A stretch of DNA of 38,206 bases, from assembly GCA_020859645.1 (NCBI GenBank), contig JAJBVU010000272.1, forward strand, positions 1 to 38,206, written 5' to 3'. This stretch comes from Eubacterium sp. Lineage in GTDB: Bacteria > Bacillota > Clostridia > Lachnospirales > CAG-274. The notes under the pieces are model-generated. The model made no database searches. It saw nothing but the letters and a program-made list of their open reading frames with translations, and was not told the origin of the DNA. Shown one piece after another: positions 34,518-38,206 of the stretch. Numbering within the stretch: the first letter of the stretch is position 1; every line of letters starts with the position of its first letter. Position numbers and translations under genes: made by a program.

Positions 34518-34797
34518 ACAAAATCAAAAAAACTATCTTGATAAGACAGCGGAATTGTTGTAAAATAAAAATACAGAATATGGGAGTGACAAACATATGA
34601 AAAAGGTATATTTTGAAATGCCGGAGACAGGCTTTAAATCTTTGGAAGAATATTTGGGCGTTGTTGGTGCAGCAAAGTTTATAGCTCAAAACAATTTGGG
34701 TTATGGTGATTATACTAAAGAAAAACAAAGCAGAACAGAACCGGGCTTAGATGAAATCGACAGCCTGCTAATAAACATATCTAATCAATAAAAATAT
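34518..34797. repeat. Inverted-repeat copy B (deletion derivative of the PIN + partner module)
   Basis: It matches the promoter and first 17 nt of the PIN ORF, then the 3' ~170 nt of the partner gene of copy A, in the opposite orientation. The PIN body is absent. Confidence 0.85.
34597..34791 (+). CDS. Partner-protein (antitoxin-like) paralogue created by in-frame deletion of the PIN gene
   Basis: MKKVY (the PIN N-terminus) is fused in frame to ...GFKSLEEYLGVVGAAKFIAQNNLGYGDYTKEKQSRTEPGLDEIDSLLIN. Conserved TTGATA-17-TAAAAT promoter and GGGAG RBS upstream. Confidence 0.5.
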   Translation: MKKVYFEMPETGFKSLEEYLGVVGAAKFIAQNNLGYGDYTKEKQSRTEPGLDEIDSLLINISNQ

Positions 34798-34832
34798 AAT
34801 GCTATTCCCTTGATTAGGTCATATTTTTTGAC

Positions 34833-34861
34833 TTGACAGTTTATTGCCTTTATGATATTAT
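34833..34861 (+). promoter_or_regulatory. Consensus-like sigma-A promoter with no downstream ORF
   Basis: TTGACA, 17 nt, TATTAT. Confidence 0.55.
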
Positions 34862-34867
34862 AAAAAT

Positions 34868-34967
34868 ACAAAGGGGAGCAACTGAAGGCAGTTACCCCTC
34901 ACCAAAAATGTTACTTGATTTTAAAATAACTGTCTTGGTTTAGGACGCCTGAGACGGTTATTTTTTT
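34868..34967 (+). ncRNA. Candidate ~100-nt sRNA (antisense to the 3' end of a small hydrophobic ORF)
   Basis: Bounded by the promoter above and a terminator. The terminator has an 11-bp stem AATAACTGTCT/AGACGGTTATT (one G.U), then a T7 run. It contains a 5' hairpin, GGGG..AACTG-aagg-CAGTT..CCCC. No ORF. Confidence 0.35.
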
Positions 34968-35053
34968 ATTATGCTGCAGATTATTTTTATTATGCGTATT
35001 ACTGCCGCAATAACTACGGCAAGCACATATACGTCATGAATAATCATTACCAT
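34958..35053 (-). CDS. 31-aa hydrophobic peptide with Lys-rich tail (type I toxin-like)
   Basis: MVMIIHDVYVLAVVIAAVIRIIKIICSIIKK. GGTGA 8 nt upstream of the ATG. The stop lies inside the convergent sRNA terminator. It is the C-terminal part of the 69-aa track ORF. Confidence 0.35.
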   Translation of the reverse strand: MVMIIHDVYVLAVVIAAVIRIIKIICSIIKK

Positions 35054-35087
35054 AAACCTTGTCACCAAGAACCCGAAAGATGTCGGG

Positions 35088-35136
35088 CGGTTATCGAGAA
35101 TTTTTTCAAAGAAAAAAATCTTGATAACCGTTTTTC
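35088..35136 (+). terminator. Strong plus-strand intrinsic terminator
   Basis: CGGTTATCGAGA/TCTTGATAACCG 12-bp stem (one G.U), followed by TTTTTCC. There is no plus-strand ORF upstream. Confidence 0.6.
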
Positions 35137-35421
35137 CTTGCGGAAAAATTCTGAACACTCTTAGCATAATCCCTAAGATAACCGCTTAAATCATAAGCAT
35201 CACCTCTTTCATATGTAATAGGACGGTGAGGATTTTCAGAACTTTTGCTGAAAGCAAAAGCAACCGCAATTTTTTAACCTCTCATAAATTTTCATAATTC
35301 GTTATATCGCTTTTTTTGCTGATAAATTCAAGGGTTTTTAAACTTATCCCCTTTGTAAGTCTACGCAAATCATTGCAGGTATCGAGAAAAAAGGTGTCAA
35401 TTTGGTGTCTCGTAAATAGGC

Positions 35422-36249
35422 TTAAATGATTTTTATTTTGCCCTCTAAGTTGGCAAACGACTCCGCTTTTTTCTCTTTGGTAGCTTCTGCGTATATATCC
35501 ATTGTTATGGATATGTTTGCGTGTCCCATTATTTCTTGAATGACTTTCAGATTAGTTTCGTTTTCGCAGAACCTTGTACAAAAGGTATGGCGTAAAGAGT
35601 GGACACTGAAATGTCTGATGATTAACGGTTCTCTGTGTTCGGCTTCAGCCCGAATGACTTCTTCGCTGTTACAAGCTTCGGTGATTTTATTTATCAGCTT
35701 GTTTATGGCTGAACCGCTGTACAGAGAGCCGTTTATATTTTCAAATATAAAGCCCTTGCAGCCGTCAACAACAGTTTGATTAAAGCCTTCTGTCATCTGC
35801 CTTTTTCTTTCAAAGAGCAGTGCGTTTTTTACATCTTTAAGCATAGGTATAATTCTCGTTCCCGCATCTGTTTTGGGAGTTGTTATGTAAAAGCCGTACT
35901 TACCGTCAGCCTTTTTACTATAAATCAGATTGTGATTTACAGAGATTGTGTTATCTTCAAAGTTGCAATCTTCCCAACGTAAGCCTGTTAATTCGCCTAC
36001 ACGGCAGCCTGTCCCTAAAAATACTGTAAACAAGGGAAGCAAGCGGTTATACTGTTGAGAATTTGCAACAAAATTTATAAATGCTTCCTGTTCTTGTATT
36101 GTAAGGGAGTGACGTTTTGGCTTTTTGAGCGAATAGGTTTTCTTTAAATCTTTAAGCACGCCTTCCGTTGGATTGGATACGATATAGCCGTCACGAACTG
36201 CAAAAGTAAATATCGGGCGAAGAGCCTTGTGTATTGTCCTTACAGAGCT
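35422..36249 (-). pseudogene. 5'-truncated tyrosine recombinase (phage integrase family)
   Basis: The catalytic R (GCRVGELTGLRW), HxxR (HSLRHTF) and H...Y (GHANISITMDIYAE) are present. Homology (SSVRTIHKALRPIFTFAVRDGYIVSNP) continues in frame upstream of the first start codon to a TGA at 36250-36252. There is no N-terminal arm or core-binding domain. Confidence 0.7.
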
Positions 36250-36365
36250 TCACTCACTTTTTACACCTCACATTTTACATTTCGGCAGTTTGCTCTGCGT
36301 TTAACGTCCGGCTTTGCTGCAAGTTTCAATATTTTACTTTGTGTTTCTGACTGAAAATATTTTTT

Positions 36366-36485
36366 TCAGGAACTGTTGTCTAAATTTTCCTCTTGCTTTT
36401 TATCTGATATAACAATACAGGCATACAGTGCAGCTGCAATAAAAAGCATAAACACAGCTGCAAATATGATTAAAAATGTTATCAC
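36366..36485 (-). CDS. 39-aa small membrane peptide (hypothetical)
   Basis: Manual translation: MITFLIIFAAVFMLFIAAALYACIVISDKKQEENLDNSS. GTG start 5 nt after GGAGA. Below the ORF-track size cutoff. Confidence 0.3.
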   Translation of the reverse strand: MITFLIIFAAVFMLFIAAALYACIVISDKKQEENLDNSS

Positions 36486-36565
36486 GCAAGTCTCCGCCTT
36501 TATATTTGGAATATAACGATAAATTTTATTTTCCCATTTATTATCTTTTACAACATTTAAAATAA

Positions 36566-36688
36566 AACACCTTGTATAAAGTTTTCATTTATATGATGCC
36601 GTAGTCAATGTTTGTATAGCCTGCGGCAATTTTTAAAAGCTAAAAACACTAAGCCGACACTGAAAACAATTGTTCTATACAAGGTGTT
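36566..36688. repeat. 13-bp perfect inverted repeat enclosing ~97 nt with an inner hairpin
   Basis: AACACCTTGTATA (36566-36578) pairs with TATACAAGGTGTT (36676-36688). The inner stem TGCCGTAG/CTGCGGCA (36597-36628) is followed by ATTTTT. Confidence 0.8.
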
Positions 36689-36732
36689 GTTTTATAAATT
36701 ATACAGTCTGTTGGTTTCACAGAAATTGAAAA

Positions 36733-37239
36733 TCAAAGCCCAAGCCATTCTCTTATTTTAGGCTCGGCGATGTCAATATAGCTTCCGCAGATTTCCAAGC
36801 CCTTTTTTATTTTTGCTCCGGGGCAGATACGTTTCAGTTCTTTTTCTGTGTCGGAAAGTCCGCTCCCCTCGTGGGTACAAAAGGGGTAAATTGTTTTGCC
36901 ATTCCAATTAAAACTTTCCAAAAAGGTGTATACCGCCATAGGCATATTTCGCCAATAGATAGGATAGCCCAAATATATCTCGTCATATCTATTTATGTAA
37001 GCAGGTAATGACACAAGCTCAGGTCTTACATTGTTTTTTAAGTCATTCTGAGCCTGATTTACACAGACAGAATAATCTGATGAATATGATGTTTTCTGCT
37101 CTATTCTGAAAATATCGGTGTCTGCCAATTCGGCAATTATTTTTGCCGCCTTTTCGGTATTGCCTGTATTTATATGGCGGTACTCTCCGCCAAACCAGTT
37201 TTCTCCGGCTCTTGAATAAAATACTGTAAGCTTATTCAC
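36733..37239 (-). CDS. Flavodoxin-family protein (Flavodoxin_4-like)
   Basis: TVFYSRAGEN...NTEKAAKIIAE FMN-loop region and GYPIYWRNMP...PFCTHEGSG motifs. No signal peptide. Confidence 0.8.
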   Translation of the reverse strand: MNKLTVFYSRAGENWFGGEYRHINTGNTEKAAKIIAELADTDIFRIEQKTSYSSDYSVCVNQAQNDLKNNVRPELVSLPAYINRYDEIYLGYPIYWRNMPMAVYTFLESFNWNGKTIYPFCTHEGSGLSDTEKELKRICPGAKIKKGLEICGSYIDIAEPKIREWLGL

Positions 37240-37291
37240 TTTAATTCCTCCTGTCTTGCAAAAGTCTGCTAAAATTGCCGTTTGTCTTTAT

Positions 37292-38206
37292 TTATTGTAT
37301 TCCTAATTCATCTATCCACTCTGTTATGTCCTCTTCCGAAACAGCCGAATTAAAACGTCTTCCCTCAAGCCGGTTTCCGCTGTTTGCCGCTTCTTCCAAA
37401 AGTCTGCCGCTTTCTCCCAAGTCTGAAGCTGCGGAGGTGCAGAAGGGTATGACGGTTTTGTCTGTAAAATCATTTGCCGAAACAAAGCTGCTTACGGGCC
37501 AAGCGGCAATTCCCCACCATATGGGATAGCCTATAAACACTGTGTCATACTTTTCCCAGTTTTCAGGCTCATAAGAAACAAGCTCAATATCTCTTAAGCT
37601 TTCATCATCGTGTTCAAGACATACCCTGCTGTCTTCGTCAGTATAGTTTAAGTCATCATCTGTATAGGGGTCGGCAGGCTCTATTTCAAACAAATCTGCG
37701 TTTAACACATTTGAAAGTATATTTGCCGCCTTTTCGGTTGTTCCCGTTGCGGAAAAATATACAATTAAAACATTGCTGTCTGTGTTTTCATCTTCTGTAT
37801 TAGCTTCTTCCGTTTCTGCAGCTTCCGCCGTTTCCACTGTGTCTGTGATTTCATAGGATTTTGTAATTGTAATAGTCTGACTTTCGCTGTCCCAGTCAAC
37901 ATCAAATTCAAAGCTTTCCGCAATAAATCTTATGGGCAGCATTGTCCTTCCGCTTACAACAGCCGGAGCCGTATCAAGTTCATTTGCCATTCCGTTAAAA
38001 TATGCCGTATTGCTGTCAATAGTAAGCTCTATAACATCTCCGTTATATGTAAGTTCTGCTGTCTGCGTATCTTGGTTCCATTCAACCTCGCCGCCCATAG
38101 CTTCAATTATTGCTCTTATGGGAACAAGAGTTCTTCCCTCAACTATAACAGGCGGAGAGTCTATTTCTCTTTCGGCTTCGTTTACGGTCATAAAGCTGCT
38201 GTTAAT
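37292..38206 (-). CDS. Fusion of copper-amine-oxidase-N-terminal-like (stalk) repeats with a flavodoxin-family domain; 5' end probably off window
   Basis: Two repeats (VIVEGRTLVPIRAIIEAMGGEVEWN and AVVSGRTMLPIRFIAESFEFDVDWD), an acidic linker, then VYFSATGTTEKAA...GYPIWWGIAAW...PFCTSAASD. The frame stays open to the window edge. The first in-window Met is at 38191. Confidence 0.75.
   Translation of the reverse strand: MNSSFMTVNEAEREIDSPPVIVEGRTLVPIRAIIEAMGGEVEWNQDTQTAELTYNGDVIELTIDSNTAYFNGMANELDTAPAVVSGRTMLPIRFIAESFEFDVDWDSESQTITITKSYEITDTVETAEAAETEEANTEDENTDSNVLIVYFSATGTTEKAANILSNVLNADLFEIEPADPYTDDDLNYTDEDSRVCLEHDDESLRDIELVSYEPENWEKYDTVFIGYPIWWGIAAWPVSSFVSANDFTDKTVIPFCTSAASDLGESGRLLEEAANSGNRLEGRRFNSAVSEEDITEWIDELGIQ

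Noticed and set aside
34241-34600. 119-aa plus-strand ORF spanning the rpmG region
   Set aside because: It runs antisense through rpmG and across the rpmG promoter and the TA-remnant promoter. The L33 translation on the other strand is unmistakable.
34958-35167. Full 69-aa version of the minus-strand ORF from the track
   Set aside because: The N-terminal 38 codons run through a strong stem-loop and terminator region and have no RBS. Only the C-terminal 31-aa segment has an RBS and a coherent TM-plus-Lys-tail design. Even that shorter ORF is low confidence.
1-38206. tRNA, rRNA, CRISPR arrays or intact IS elements
   Set aside because: I found no T-arm/acceptor-like GGTTCGAATCC-type signatures, no rRNA-like conserved blocks, no repeat-spacer arrays and no complete transposase with terminal repeats. 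The only mobile-element signs are the Rpn gene and the truncated recombinase.

Overview
This window looks like chromosomal DNA from a low-to-moderate GC Firmicute, probably a Clostridia or Oscillospiraceae-type organism. That placement is an inference from the protein families, the GGAGG-type ribosome-binding sites (RBS) and the gene order. Most genes lie on the minus strand.

Layout:
- 1-11.6 kb: corA, an EamA transporter, then one long minus-strand cell-wall glycopolymer operon. Its genes are a Wzx flippase, a WecC-type dehydrogenase, two GT4 glycosyltransferases, VanZ, a DUF4330-like protein, a Wzy/O-antigen-ligase-like protein, the CsaB pyruvyltransferase and a TagA/WecG-type transferase. 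One TTGACC-17-TATAAT promoter sits at about 11.6 kb.
- 11.8-19.8 kb: an SDR oxidoreductase, an orphan amino-acid-type ABC binding lipoprotein behind a highly structured leader, an AT-rich Rpn-family nuclease cassette, proC, two GT2 glycosyltransferases and a CE4 deacetylase.
- 20-22.2 kb: a degenerate-MPN/TM/LysM protein, a DUF1492-like sigma-region-4 regulator, and a Cys/Gly-rich small protein.
- 22.3-27 kb: a birA-hyp-dusB-kinase-SDR operon.
- 27.1-27.9 kb: a PIN plus small-partner toxin-antitoxin-like (TA-like) pair.
- 27.9-34.4 kb: housekeeping genes (ylxM-ffh-rpsP-KH; SGNH hydrolase; queA; rpmG-secE-nusG-rplK-rplA).
- 34.5-36.7 kb: decayed accessory DNA, holding a deletion copy of the TA pair, a type-I-TA-like small ORF with a convergent sRNA candidate, and a 5'-truncated tyrosine recombinase.
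- 36.7-38.2 kb: two flavodoxin-family genes, one fused to cell-surface-type repeats.

I saw no rRNA, tRNA or CRISPR array.

Most noteworthy:
1. A ~170-nt four-helix leader RNA at 14040-14209.
2. Inverted, diverged copies of the PIN module bracketing 6.7 kb of core genes.
3. A type-I-TA-like locus at 34.83-35.14 kb.
4. Twin covarying hairpins in the GT2 operon leader.
5. A duplicated L1-type regulatory hairpin before rplK and rplA.

All family calls come from reading the motifs by eye. No database search was run.
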